A stretch of DNA of 64,000 nt from Hyaloraphidium curvatum SAG 235-1 (Eukaryota > Fungi > Monoblepharomycota): contig JAIVFI010000015.1 in NCBI GenBank assembly GCA_025558095.1, positions 558,001 to 622,000 on the forward strand, given 5' to 3'. Below are positions 1 through 12,558 of this stretch, in pieces; positions within the stretch are counted from its first letter, which is position 1; every line of letters begins with the position of its first letter. The notes beneath the pieces are model-generated. The model was not told the origin of the DNA and made no database searches. It was given only the letters and a program-made list of their open reading frames with translations. The position numbers and the translations under genes are program-made.

Positions 1-4
1 GCAG

Positions 5-3000
5 ATGCTCAAGGAGGACGGCAAGCTCACGATCACGCGTGCGGAGGGCAGGATCCGGGAGCTGGAATCCAAGATCGGCACGCTGGAGCAGGACGTCGCC
101 GCCGCGCGCAAGGCCATGTCCGAGGGCCAGGCGCGGTACCAGGCCGCGCTCAAGGACGTCGACGACGCGCGGCGGGAGGCCAAAGTCGCCGTGGACCAGT
201 ACGAGCGCCGCATCCGGGAGCTCGAGGCCTCGTTCAACGCGCAGCTGACCGCCAAGGAGCAGGATCTGGACGGCCTGCGGGCCGAGATGGACCGCTCGTC
301 TTCGGACGTGGTCGCCCTGCGCCGCTCGATGCAGGAGGAGCGGGACCGCTTCGAGGCTGAGAAGCTGCAGCTCCAAAAGGCCGTCGCGGAGCTGAAACAG
401 TCCGGCGCGAGGCTGGCGAACGAGCTGTCTTCGACCCGCGACGAGCAGGAGTCAGAGCGCCTGCTGCAGGCCGAGGCGCTGAGGGCCAAGGACGAGGCCA
501 TCGACGCCGTCAACGCCGAGATCGCCAAGCTCGAGACGCAGATGGCCATCAAGCAAAAGGAATTCCAGGCCTTCCGCGACCAGTGGACGGCGCAGCACGA
601 GCTGTCGGAGAAGATGCTGGCCAAGCTCCGCTCCCAGAACGACGCCCTTGAGGCGGACCTGCTCGCATCCAAGGAGGAGATGGCCGCCTTCAGGCTCGAG
701 GGTCGGGAACGGGAGAGGCGCCTCGAGTCGGAGGTCTACGAGCGCGACGTCACCGTGCGCCGCCTCGACACCCAGATCGTCGACCTCAAGGCCCGCGTCT
801 CGCAGGGCGATTCGGACATTGCCAAGCTCGAGGAGCAGATCGCCGCGGTGCAGACCTCGCTCCTGGAGCAGGAGGCCATCTCCCAGGCCCTGAAGGACCA
901 GGGGGTGCGCACGGCGGCTGAACACGAGCGCGTGCTGGCCTCGATCCGTGCCGACGCCGCGGCCCGGGAGAGCAAGGCCAAGGCCATGATCGCCGAGAAG
1001 GAGGAGCGGATCTCCGAGGTCCAGGCTGCCAACTCGATCCTCCTCGCCCAGATCACCCAGCACGAGGGCACCATCTCGCAGCTCAACGCCGAGGCGGACG
1101 AACTGAGCAGCCAGATCCGAGCCGTCGCCGAGACGGCCGAGGAGCTGCGCCGCGCGCTCGCGTCTTCCCAAGCCCAGGTCGCCGACAGGGAGGCCGCGGT
1201 TCAGCGCCTCGCGGCCGAGATGGAGAGCCTCACGCAGACGTACGAAGCCAGGTTCGAGCAGTCCAAGTCGGAGCTCGCCGTCCTCCGTCAGGACTTCCAG
1301 GCTGTCTCCCGCGAGCTGGCCGAGGCCAAGGCTTCCATCGCTGACCTGCAGGAGGCGAAACAGAGCGCCGAGGCGGCGATCGTCAAGATGCAGGGCGAGC
1401 ACGAGGAGGAAGCGATGGCCGCGGAGGAAGCCCGCAAGCGCCTTGGGGACGAGCTGGCCGAGGCACAAGAAACCATCGCCGGCCTTCAAGAGGCGAAGCT
1501 TACCGCCGAGGAAACCATCGTCCGCGTGCACGAGGAGTACCAGAGCAAGCTCCAGGCCTCGGAGGAACGGCAGACAGACCTCGACGACCAGCTCAGGCGG
1601 ATCCGGGACGACGTCGAAGCTCTCGACCACGAGAACTCGGAGCTCAAGTCGCGCGTGCGCGCTCTGGACGACGACTTGGAGGAAGCCCGATCCGAAGCCC
1701 GCGAGCTGAGGGAGCGGTCCCGCGAGGCGGAGGAGCGCAGCGCCGGCGACCTTGAGGCCGTGGAGGAGAAGTTGCGTGCTGCCGAGGAGGAGGTCGCGGA
1801 GCTCAAGGACGCCAACGAGGGCTTGCGAGACAGGCTCGCCGAATCGGAACGGGAGGTCGACCAGCTGAACGATGCGCTTTCCGAGGAAAAGGACAACGTC
1901 AGGGAGCTCCGCTCGAAGCTCGACGATGCGGAAGGGGAGGCGGAGCAGGCCAAGGAAGCGCACGAGGAGGAGGTATCGCGCCTCAAGGCCAAGGCCCGGC
2001 AAGCGGGTGAGAAGCACGCTGAGGAGGTCGCTGAGCTCCAGAGCGCGGCGGAGGAAGCCAGCAGGGTGCACGCCGAAACCGTCGCACGGTTGAAGCTGGC
2101 TGCGGATGAGCTGGCTGTCACGCATGCAGAGGAGATGGCCCGACTGAAAGCCGTGGCGGACGAGCTTGCAAAGACCAATGCCGAGGAGATTGCGCAGCTC
2201 AAGGATTCGGTGCGCGAGATCGAGGATCTTCGCGAATCGGACATTGCCCGGCTGCGTTCTTCCATGGAGGAACTGGAGACCCGGCACACCGAGGAGGTCT
2301 CGGAACTGCGACGCGAGGCCGAGGAGCTCGTCGCGAAGCACGAGGAGGCTGTGTCAGATTTGCGGGGCGAGTGGGAGGACAAGGAAGCGCAGATGCGTGC
2401 CGAGGGCGATCAGCTCCGGGATCGCGTCGACGAGCTCGAGGCCCAGCTGGCCTGGGCCGCCGAGAGGGAGGAGGGTCTCGAGGAGCGTGCCGCCAGTCTC
2501 CACGAGCAGCTCATGGAGGCGCGCCGGACGTACCGGCATTTCTCGTGCCTGAAGGAAGCACTTCAAATTTGCGAGAACATGGCTGCCAGCGATGCCCTTG
2601 CGCGAAGGGAGGTCGAGGACGTGAACGCTTTGCTCCTCCAGGAGGTGCATGCCGCCGCCAGTCTCCTGAACCACACGGCCCAGATGCTGATGGACGCCGA
2701 AGAGGAGGCATCGCTGTGGCGCGAGGAGTGTGAGCACTCGAACGAAGCTCGGGAGGTGACCAGGGACATGGCTGCGGACATGGTGGCCGCCGCAATCGAC
2801 GCCGTGAGGGACGAACGGGATGTGGAACGGGAAGAGCAGCAGGACCAGATCGACACGGTCGTCACCATCGCGGACGGGCTGATGGCTCAGCTTGTTGCCG
2901 AACGGGAAGTCGCGGAGGCCATGGCGTCGGCGGACACTTTCCAGGTGAGCCTTCCTGGATCCACACCATCCTCATCCGATCACTCATTCGATTTCGAACA

Positions 3001-4020
3001 GCTCGACGCTTACCGAGCAGCTTTCGAGGAGCAGGTTCAGAAAGTCGCCCTGGAGGCCGAGGACCTGCGGACTCGCCTCAAGGAATCTGAAACTCGCGCC
3101 GCGCAAGAGCGGAGGATGCTCGAGCAGGAAGCCAGCAAGTGCCGTGTCGCGATCCAGTCCCTGGACGAGCAGAAGCGCTCCCAGTCGGTCGAAATGAGGA
3201 AGCACCAGGAAGCCGTGCGGTACCTGGAGGACGCACTCAAGAAGGAGCGGCAGCGATCCGCCGGCTTGGAAGACGAGGTCCGGCAATCGGGGAAGCTCCG
3301 GGACGAGAACTCCCGATTGAGGAGCGAGATCGAGCAAGGCCGGGGCACGGTGCTGGAGGCCGAGCGGCGCATCGCTTCGGTCGAGGCGACGCAGACCCTT
3401 GCCGAACAGCTCGAGCAGGAGAACGGGGACCTGCACAACGAGATCGCCGTGTAGGTTTCGACGCCGGGCTTCTTTGGAACGTTACTAATCATTCCTTCGT
3501 CTAGGCTCAACGACATGATTCGGGAGCTCGAAGAGTCGCGGATGACGGAAGAGGAGGACATGCTGAACCGCGTTGAGGTCATTCTGAAGCAGCGTAACCT
3601 GGCGGAGCACGAGCTCGAAAAGATCAGCGAGATCAATTCGAGCCTCATGGGGCACCAGAACGCAAGACAGAAGATCAAGTACGTGGACAACCTCAAGCGG
3701 GAGAACCTCAAGCTCAAGAAGGTAGGCCGCCTCGGATCGGGCAAAAGCAAACAGCTCACGAGTCATGCGATTCGCAGGACCACGTCGAGCTCACGGCAAC
3801 GACGCAAAAACAACGGATCCTAATCTTGAAGCTCTCGCGCGATTTGGAGGCCCTGAAGGCCACGTCTGGTGGGATGCACAAGTCGCGGAGTCGGTCCCGG
3901 GTGGGCCGCGCGGCATTGTCTTCCCGGCAGGGCATGGACGGTTCCTTTGCCATGTCTCATTCGACATCCTTTGCCGAGTTTGTCGACGGCAAAGAGAACG
4001 ATCGATGGAGCGAGGAATGA
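5..4020 (+). CDS. Long coiled-coil protein with C-terminal HMMR/KIF15-type motif (5' end probably outside window)
   Basis: 1149-aa heptad-rich ORF. Introns 3451-3504 and 3722-3777 (GTAGG..YAG) restore frame to the TGA at 4020. The C-terminal motif LMGHQNARQKIKYVDNLKRENLKLK is typical of the HMMR_C domain. Confidence 0.8.
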
Positions 4021-4144
4021 TGCTCGGGTCTTGGTCTTGTGCACCGGCTTGTCTTGTTCAGATTGGTAGCTACATATGACTATGTACAGTGTAATCTATG
4101 CGGCGCCTTGCAGCCGCTGTCCGAACCGAAGCTTCGTGGGTACA

Positions 4145-6208
4145 TCAGCCAAAGTTGAGCTCTGCCAGCAGCTCCGACAGCAGCCCCTGGGACTTCTCCC
4201 GCTCAAGCTCTGCCGGCGCACTCGGCATCTCCGGCGTTTCCCCGTGCGATGAAGTCAGCCCTTTGCTTCCGTCTTGATTCGCAGAAGCCTTGAAAGGTTC
4301 GCTCGCTGCAACCGCGCTCCCCAAGACCTTTCCTTTGCCGCCGACCTCAATTCGCTTCACGACTGACCTAGCGGGCTCCCGGAATGCAGATGCAACGACA
4401 TGAGGCATCACGGAGGGCACCACTTCCGTCGAAGCATGCACCGTGAACTCAAGGGGCTGCTTGGCTCGATCATCGACCTCTACCGCCTGCTGAGGGGCAA
4501 GTTCCAGCCGGGTCCATTCCTCTGGAGCTTGTATCTGTCCATCGCTACCGACAGTCGATTTCGACAAGGCGGCACACATTCTCCTGAGCGACGCCTAAAG
4601 GAAACATTGGTCAACTTGCGGTCCATGCCTTGACCGAACATGAGCAACATACGAGTCGAAAACGGTCCCGTTCGACGGCATCCTTGTAGTCCGCTTCGAA
4701 GCGCTCCAAGTTGAGGTTCATGACTGAGCTCTTGGCGTCCATCAGACGTTTGAACTTGGCGAGGGAATCGTGAGCATCCCCAAAGCCGGATTCCTGAGCA
4801 CCCTGGTGCGCTTGCGCCGGGACTACGGCACAATCAGATGACGGCGGTGGCTACGCAACACGGGTACACTCACGGGGAGGCAAGGTGGCGTCGACAAGTT
4901 TTGCGTTCGCCTCGCTGACAATGGCAGCAGCGGCAGCCATGCTCGACTTGGCTGTCTCCAGAGCGTTCGTCAAGTCGTTGCTCTTTTCCGCCAGCATGTC
5001 TGTGTCGTCACCTGTCCTCAGCTCATATCGACAAAATGAGAGGAACATAGCAATCTCACCCTTGTACTCCTTTGCTGTACGCTCGAGGAATTGGTTCTCG
5101 TCCAACAGTCTACGGTGTGCGGCTTCCAGCTGGGCAAACTCCTTTGAGTTCGCGTCCGGAGGCGTTTGGGGAACAGCAGGCACAGGCTGGACCGGCATCC
5201 GCGTGGGACTCGAAGGGGCAAGCCGAACGGGCGGTGGCGGCGCGGAAAGCGGCTCCACTTTGCGGTCCCACTTGTTGACATAGTTTGGCACGAATGGTCC
5301 GTGAGGGTTTGAAATTTCAGCCTCTGGAGTTCGCAGTAGCCTGCAAGGGACGGCGTCGAGATCAGGGGCGAATCGCGTCGGCCGTTCGTCGACTCACGTT
5401 CCCGCGGCCGCATGAACTTGCTCTCTCCTCGGCAGCAGGGGTGCTGGCGCATCTCGTCGCTCTTGCTGAGGGCTCGGCACTCCTACAGCCTCCTTGCCAG
5501 GCGATGCGGGCTTTCCTATCGAGTAGTCGAGCTTTCCAAAGCGTTGGCCGGAACCATAGTCGGAGGTCTGCTCCAGCGGCATGCTTTTCGCCAAAGCCCG
5601 TAAATCAGCTTCGAATGAACTCGGAGAAACGGCTGATTTGCTGCCCCAATCTGGCTGCGGTTCATCGGCATTGTACCTCGCCGTGGTCGGAGCCGGAGTA
5701 CTGCAGTCGAGCCATTGGCAATTGGTTACCAAAGCAAAGCCGCAGCAACCCACGTTATCAAGCCATCGTCAGCTGACGTGCTAACCGATTCCGAAGGAGA
5801 CACTGCGGGTTCCAAGCCGCCCCTTGAGCTCTGCACCGGCCGTTTTCGAGGTGTGTATCCCAGCGATGCCGGGCCTCCGACGGGGCTTGGAACCGCCGGT
5901 GGCAATGCGGCGCGTTCAGTATGGTTCAAAGAAGTTTGCAGCGGAGGTAGAGGGAGTGGTTGGGGTTTGGCGAAGACGGTGGATTCCGATTTCGGCAGCG
6001 TTCCGACGGGCCGCGACCGGTAGGCACCATGGTCCGAAGCCGGGGCAACCAGCGACCGCGTAGACCTCCCCGAAGATGGTGGCGAAAGTGTTGCGGGCAC
6101 AGTAGGCTTTGTCGGCCCGGCAGCGAGCTCCTGCGCTGCGGCGGCCGAGGTTGTTTGCCAGACATCCGGGGTGGCCGGCTTCCGCGCAACTCTCTGTGGT
6201 GATGCCAT
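4145..6208 (-). CDS. Multi-exon hypothetical Pro/Ser-rich protein with a short coiled coil
   Basis: Successive minus-strand ORF segments (6208-5780, 5394-5753, 4851-5291, 4145-4579) are separated by splice-like signals. Coiled-coil segment FAQLEAAHRRLLDENQFLERTAKEYK. Exact exon boundaries are uncertain. Confidence 0.5.
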
Positions 6209-6521
6209 TCCGAGCCTCCACGGTGCCAGAAAGGTCCAAGTTCGGTCTCCGGTCGCGATTGGCTCCCTCCGGTGCCAATGGGCCCGGGAAAGTGCGAGAG
6301 AATTCTGGAGTCTGTTTACTCCGGACGACGACCTCGCCAAATCACCCGACGAAATCTGATTGGCCATCGCATTCATATAGGCGTAATACACGGCAACGAA
6401 CATAGCTCAGGAGAGTCTATCTACATTCGATCACTCTCAATGAAGCGGATCTTCTCCGCGACATGCGATCGCACCGGGCGATCCAAGATGAAGTCCGTTT
6501 CCGGCCCGAGGCCGTGGCCGA

Positions 6522-8384
6522 TCACCCGCGCCGGCACAGCTTCTTGAAGCTCTCCTTCAGCTTCGCCAGCGGACCCTTGCGGTGCAGGAGGGCCTCGGTC
6601 TCCTCCTTGGCCCTGGCGCACATCTCCGTGACGATCGCCAGCGACGGCGGCAGCATGGCCAGCTTGCGGCGCTGGCGCTCGTCGAAGAAGGCGTAGTCGT
6701 CCAGGCCGGAGAGCCAGTCCGTGACGACGCCAGCCGCCTCGGTGAGGATGGCGAGCGTGGAGCGCAGGACCTCGCGGTCCCGCTTGCGTGCGAACTTGTC
6801 CAGCTTCTGCACCGACCCGCAGATCTCGGTCCACCGGGAAAAGAGCGCGGACGAGGCAGAGACAAATTCCTCGACGTTGTTGACCAGTGCCGATTCTGTC
6901 TCGACCGGCGTGCGCGCCACGGCCCCCATGTGGAGCAAGTCCTTGGCCGCCTGGATTGCGCACCACCACTGGCTGTGGGCTCCGGGGATGCCGGCGAGCG
7001 TGTAGCTCAGCTCCTTGCTGCCTTGTTCGCAGGCGAGGAAGTGGGGGGAGGTGAAGGCTTGGTACACTGGTGGGGGAATGCGGGTCAGGACTGGCAGGAG
7101 AGGCTCGTGCAATAGAACTCACGCATCACCTGGAGCGCCTTGATCTCCCACGGCAGGCTCTCTTCGGGAACCTTGGCCGCGTTCTTCCTAATGTGCTCGT
7201 TCCAGTCAAACTGCTCTTCGGCTGCGTCGAGCTTGGTGACGATCTTGGGCGGCTTGGGTTTGGCGGTCTTGACGGCAGGGACGTTGACGGGCTGCTTCTT
7301 CTTGCGAGGTACAACCTCGATCACGGGAACGATGGAGCACACCGAATCCAGGGGAAGAAGCGTGGTCTGGAAATGCAAGCGACGCATTAGCGTGGTGCAT
7401 GAGGGAGCGATGCAAAAGCGCGTACCGGAATGCCGCGTTCGAAGTTCACTTCCATCTCGCGGGCGACCGCGGTGGTTTCGGAAGCATCCGAGTCGTACGA
7501 ATCCTGCGAATGGATGTCAGAAGGGTGCGGAGCACGCATGGAAAGTCAAACTCACCCTTGTCTCGATGTCACTCGCAGCCTCGGTGACGTCGCTGTCGGA
7601 GCCGCAGGGGCTTGCAGGGCGCACAGAGTCGGCGAAGGTGATGAGCTTGCGGACGGGCTCGACGTCGACGAGGAGTTCAATGGCGATGCCGGGGAGGGCC
7701 TGCGGTGCAAAGAACAGGCGTCAACGGCCTGCCGTGCAACGCAGTGACCCTTGGCAAAACGTACCATGAAGCGGCAGACGATGTCCAGGAGACCAGCGGG
7801 CACTTTGGGCACGAGAGCACGGGGGATGACGGCCTACGCGGGCGGAGCAGCGGGTGAGCGGAGAACGAAAGAGCGGCAGCAACATCGATACGCACCTTGA
7901 TGGCATTCGTTGGGATGCTCTGGCCGGCGACGAGGGCGGCGATGAACTGCCGGAGCAGCCACTTGGCCGGGTTGCGGTCGATGCGCACCGTAGACAGTGC
8001 CATCGGGACCTGCGGGCGGCGCACCAAACGATCGAGTTAGAAGAACGCATAAGAAGGGCGGCGGCGGCGTCGCGCTGCCCACCTTGGGGACGAGAGACGA
8101 GGTGCTGGACTGGTTGATGGCGGCGGCGACTATGGCGATGTTGGCCACGCTGGCCTGCGAGAAGACGCGGGCGGCGGTGCGGGCGGCCATCTGCGGGTGC
8201 GAAGAGCGGTCAGCGTCGCTGCGGCGGCGGCGCCGGGGTCGCCCGCTGCGGGGGAAGCGGGACTCACCAGCGCGGGGCCGAAGCCGGCGGCCTTGAAAAG
8301 CAGGGCGGCCCGCTCGACGGCGAGGGTGGCGATGGCGAGAACGATGAACTGGATGAAGCAGACGGCGGCGGCGAGGGCCTGCAT
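6522..8384 (-). CDS. Multi-exon hypothetical protein with hydrophobic N-terminus
   Basis: ATG at 8384 (MQALAAAVCFIQFIVLAIA), intron 8191-8267 (GTGAGT..GCTGAC..CAG), then further GT-AG introns. The final exon (ORF 6522-7112) shows strong GC3 codon bias. No family recognised. Confidence 0.55.
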
Positions 8385-9463
8385 GGTGCGCTGAGTGCTC
8401 GATGGCCGATGTTTGAACGAGGATTCGAGTGTCGAGTGTCGTGTGCAACATCGGGGCACGTGCAAACCACCGCAAATCGATGTTCTCCATCCCAGACTGC
8501 CCAGTCGCGGCCGCGACCCGAGACGACGCCTCCTGGCTCCAACGGGCGGCTCCTGCCGAATGCGGGCCGGAGAGGCGCGTGGAGAAACGCTGGCGACGAC
8601 GGAGAGTGCGAAATGGCGAGAGGCGTCACTCCGGTGCACGCGTCCGCGGCCGCGACATGGGGCAGCTCCGCGACGCGCATGGCATCCTCCCAGACTCTTC
8701 TGCCGCTCTGGAAGGCGCCGGCCGCGGCGGCGGGCCCCCTTGAGATCGCGTGCGGGGCTTGGAAGCGCCCGAGATCGCTTTCGCACGCGGCAAACCCGGC
8801 AGCGTCCTCCGCCGCTCGGAAAGCCTGGGACGCTTCCTTGGTTCTTCCGGCGACCGCTGAGTCAGCGCGTTCGGGGTCCCTTGGACCCATGCTCGTCCTG
8901 ATCAAAAGCCGTGCGCGCCTCGCGAAAACGATCGGGATCGATTGGCCATTATTGCTGCCTGCCACCTGGACTGGAATTCATCTCCATCCAAGAGCTCCAA
9001 CTTCAAAGCGACGTTGATGCCACCGGTCTTGAAGCGTCGTGGGGCAGCTGAAGTTGCCTCAGACCCACTGAACACCCGGATCACGTTGTGCACAACTGGT
9101 TTCGTTGCCCTGCTTGGTCGAACGTCGTATCCATCTTGCATTGTTTGGGAACGGAGGCACTTCCGCTCTGTTTGGGTCGCGGCGGAAACACTGCCCCACT
9201 GCCCTCCGGAGCATTCATTCGAATCTGGTACCGCTCCAGCGGCAGGATAAACACAACACGGAGCTGATCCATGTCTCTCAGGCACCGGCGACAGAGAATC
9301 CCGCCTCTGGTTGCCGCTGAATTCGAACGAGGCTCTGAGATGGGGGACGGTGAGCGGACACCAATCAAGTACTGTACGTTGATCGATGTCGAATCTCTGC
9401 TGAAGGTGTCGCTCTTCTATGGACACCTTACACTGGCCTACTTAGCTCTCCTTGTTTCTTCCT

Positions 9464-11149
9464 TTACGTGCTCGCGGCAGGGATGGCATGCGCTGCATAG
9501 ACCAGCTTTCCCTCGAAGAAGGTCATGACCGCCTTCGTCCCCGCCACCTCGTGCGCCGGCACCGCGAAAATGTCCCGATCGAGCACCGCGATGTCCGCCC
9601 ACTTGCCGACCTCGAGCGTGCCCGCCCCCAAGCCGCGGGCGCTGGCCGCCGTGAACGCCTGGAGCGCCTCCTCGACGGAAAGCGTCTGCGCCCCCTGCAT
9701 CCGCGTCGTCCCCTCAACATCACCCGCCTTTGCGCGGGTGACCATCGTCCCCAGCCCTGACCACGGGTTCATCGAGGTCACGCCCGCGGGCCAGTCCGAA
9801 CCTGCCATGATCTGCGCCCCCGCGTCGCGCAGCTCGCGGAAGGGATACAGCCGTTCCACCACCGGCGCCGACACGCACTTGCCGATATCGCGGACGAAGT
9901 CGTTGCCGCCCCAAAGGTAGGGCGACACCTCGGCGATGGCGTTGAGCTCCCTGAACCGCGGGAGATCCCCTTGGCCCACGAAGCAGCAGTGCGCGACCTC
10001 GTGCGCGGGGCCCGAGGGGCCGTTTGCCTTGCGCGCGGCCTCGACGGCGTCCAGGGTCGCGCGGACGGCACCGTCGCCGCAGCAATGCACCTTGACGGTG
10101 AAGTTGCGGCGGTCGAGCTCGGCGAGGTCCTGCGCGAGAACGGTGTGGCCGACGTGTACCGAGCCGTGATGGTCGTCGGCAAAGCGGCCCTGCGGATCGG
10201 GGAGGTACGGCTCGAGCATGCACGCGGAACGCGAGTCGCTCAGCGGGACGCCGTCGAGGTAGATCTTGACGAATTCGGTGTGTACGTGGGGCGCGGCATA
10301 GGCGTCACGCCACTTTTCGTGCAAGGAATAGTCCAAAGGAACCTCACGGTGCCCGTAAGGCGTTGTCTGCGCGGCCACGACCCGCACCGTGAGCCCCTCG
10401 GCGTCGTCCACGGCCTTGAGCGCGCGCAGAATCCCCTCATTGGCGTCGGCATCGGTCACGCCGGTGATGCCAAAAGAGTTTGCGGTCTTGGCCATCTGCT
10501 GCACGCCCTTCCTGTACTGCTCCGCGGTCCAATCGGGCCACGCCAGCCGCGCGCTGACGTCCGCCTCCTCGTTCAGCAGCCCGTTGGGCTCGCCGTCCGC
10601 CCCGCGCACGATCTTGCCCCCGCGCGGGTCCGGCGAGTCGCGCGAGATGCCGAGGAACTCGAGCGCCCTGGAATTCGCCCAGCCGTTATGCCCCGAGTCC
10701 TCCCGCAAATAGACGATCCGGCCGTGCGAGCGCGCGTCGAGCCAGGCACGCGGCGAGCCCCCGAACTCGGCCGCGTGGTCATCGAACAGCGTCGACGGGT
10801 AGCGGCCGCCCATGACGAACTCTGTGCTGGGGTTCTTCTCCGCAAACGCCGCAAGTGCCGCCTCGATCTCCTTCGGGCCGGCGTCGTACGCGAAGCTGCA
10901 CGAAAACAGGGGATAGATGCTGGCCTTGACGCCGTGGCAGTGTCCATCGATCAGCCCCGGCACAGCACGCCGCCCGTCGAGGTCGACGACGCGCGTGGCC
11001 GGGCCGCGGAGCGAGTTGGCGTCCGCGGAGGATCCGACCAACGCTACGCGTCCCCCGCGCACGGCGAGGGCCTCAACGTCGCTGTCCGCCGACGTAGGCA
11101 AAGTGCGGATCTTTCCATTGATGAGGATCAGGTCGGCAGGCGATTCCAT
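9464..11149 (-). CDS. Amidohydrolase 3 family (YtcJ-like) metallo-hydrolase, intronless
   Basis: ADLILINGKIRT...VVDLDGRRAVPGLIDGHCH, SGHNGWANSRAL, FVKIYLDG, KVHCCGDGA, EVAHC, GSDWP, GTLEVGKWADIAVLDRD. Confidence 0.93.
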   Translation of the reverse strand: MESPADLILINGKIRTLPTSADSDVEALAVRGGRVALVGSSADANSLRGPATRVVDLDGRRAVPGLIDGHCHGVKASIYPLFSCSFAYDAGPKEIEAALAAFAEKNPSTEFVMGGRYPSTLFDDHAAEFGGSPRAWLDARSHGRIVYLREDSGHNGWANSRALEFLGISRDSPDPRGGKIVRGADGEPNGLLNEEADVSARLAWPDWTAEQYRKGVQQMAKTANSFGITGVTDADANEGILRALKAVDDAEGLTVRVVAAQTTPYGHREVPLDYSLHEKWRDAYAAPHVHTEFVKIYLDGVPLSDSRSACMLEPYLPDPQGRFADDHHGSVHVGHTVLAQDLAELDRRNFTVKVHCCGDGAVRATLDAVEAARKANGPSGPAHEVAHCCFVGQGDLPRFRELNAIAEVSPYLWGGNDFVRDIGKCVSAPVVERLYPFRELRDAGAQIMAGSDWPAGVTSMNPWSGLGTMVTRAKAGDVEGTTRMQGAQTLSVEEALQAFTAASARGLGAGTLEVGKWADIAVLDRDIFAVPAHEVAGTKAVMTFFEGKLVYAAHAIPAAST

Positions 11150-11708
11150 TTCAAGAAGCGGGCCGGATGTGTGGGATGGACACGGACGCACCTCCCCTCT
11201 GATCGTTCGATCGGCCGCCCCCAGAAGAGGCCGCTGGGCGATAGCCGGGGAAAAAGCGACAAAGCATCTCCAGATGGATGGATTGCATGGCCACAACCCC
11301 GCACAGGACAAGAGACAGCGCGCGGCGAACCACGAGTTGGTAACAAGCTCCCTGTACTTCTCGTAAAAGGCCCGTTACATCCCCCCGTTTGCGCCCCTAT
11401 GCGCGCGTGCCTGATAAAGCGGTGGTGTCATACTTGATGGCAGAGATTAGCTGGGGTGGGAGGCAGGTGTGAGCGTCCGATAAATGGAAACCAGAGCGTC
11501 GCGGGCAAGGCTGCGGCAGCAAGGATGATCCGGGCCAGCCGAATAGCATCCGCGGCGATGGCACAATGCAATCTCCGCAGAAGGCTCCAGCGGATGGAGG
11601 CCGGGCTGCGGATGCGGCCGCGAAATGCCTGTCACGGCCCGTCCGACCCCCACCGCCCCATCCGGCCCATTCCGCCACGCCAGCGACCCATCCACGGCCG
11701 CACGATAC

Positions 11709-12332
11709 TCACAATCCGAGCTCCTTCTTCGTCGGCACGCCGAGCTCCTCCAGCATCGGCTTCAGGGCCGAGACGTACTGCTCGTACTGGCCCTTGTTCT
11801 CGGCGCGCTCCTCGATGCCCTCGAGGATGCGCACGGCGGTGGGGAACGAGTTGAGGCGGCGGGTGGCCTTGAGCGCCTCCTCGACGACGCCGAGCGCCGG
11901 CACCCAGTCGTGCACGAAGCACTCGTTCAGCCCGACCTCGAGGTCGGTCTCGTCGTCGACCTCGCGGAAGAAGGCCAGCCACTGGTCGACGAAGGCGTCG
12001 TAGTTCTTCTCGGGGTCGAGCGCCGCCGAGGCGTAGGCGCGCACGGCGGGCGCGGGGCGCGCGGCGGGCTGCAGCATGCTGGGCGCGACTGGGCGGGGCG
12101 CGAGTCAGCACGGTGTCCGCGAATCCCCTCCGGGCACCGCATAGACGCCTCCCGCCGGGCCTTAAATCGCCCTTAGGCCGCGCGGCCCGGGCGGATTCCC
12201 GCAGCAGCCGGGCGCGGCGCGGCAGCCCGGTGGCGCCCGGCGCCCGCCACGCAATCCCCGACGCTCACCGCGCGCCACGTGCAGCGCACGCAGGTTGATG
12301 GTCGGCGCAACGCGGAACGCGAACCGCTGCAT
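11709..12332 (-). CDS. COX5A: Cytochrome c oxidase subunit Va (yeast Cox6), mitochondrial
   Basis: Exon 1 (12332-12269) encodes a presequence, intron 12089-12268, exon 2 contains LEVGLNECFVHDWVPALGVVEEALKATRRLNSFPTAVRILEGI..LKPMLEELGVPTKKELG. Confidence 0.93.
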
Positions 12333-12558
12333 CTCGGCGGCTGGTCGGAGGGCGAGGGATGGACCGCGAGAAGAGATGGAGGAGCCTGACGTTCCCTGAC
12401 TAATCGGCCAACTACCCGAAACTCCTAAGCACCCCCCCAACGCCTCAAAAGAAAAACATCGTCGGGTCCGAACGCGATCCGCAGCCAGTCCGTCTATCGG
12501 TGTTCCTTCTAGCAGTTCTAAGTGCGCCACCGGTGTTTTCCCGCCCTCAATCCGGCGG

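Noticed and set aside
452-2382. Long antisense ORFs (629 aa, 298 aa) opposite the coiled-coil gene, and similar shadows elsewhere (9971-11437, 34246-36333, 45535-47130, 47294-49092, 55069-57688)
   Set aside because: Expected antisense or off-frame shadows of high-GC3 coding sequence; low-complexity R/G/P/L-rich translations with no motifs.
8400-9460. Several short overlapping ORFs between the hypothetical gene and the amidohydrolase
   Set aside because: No motifs, consistent codon bias or splice structure that I can support.
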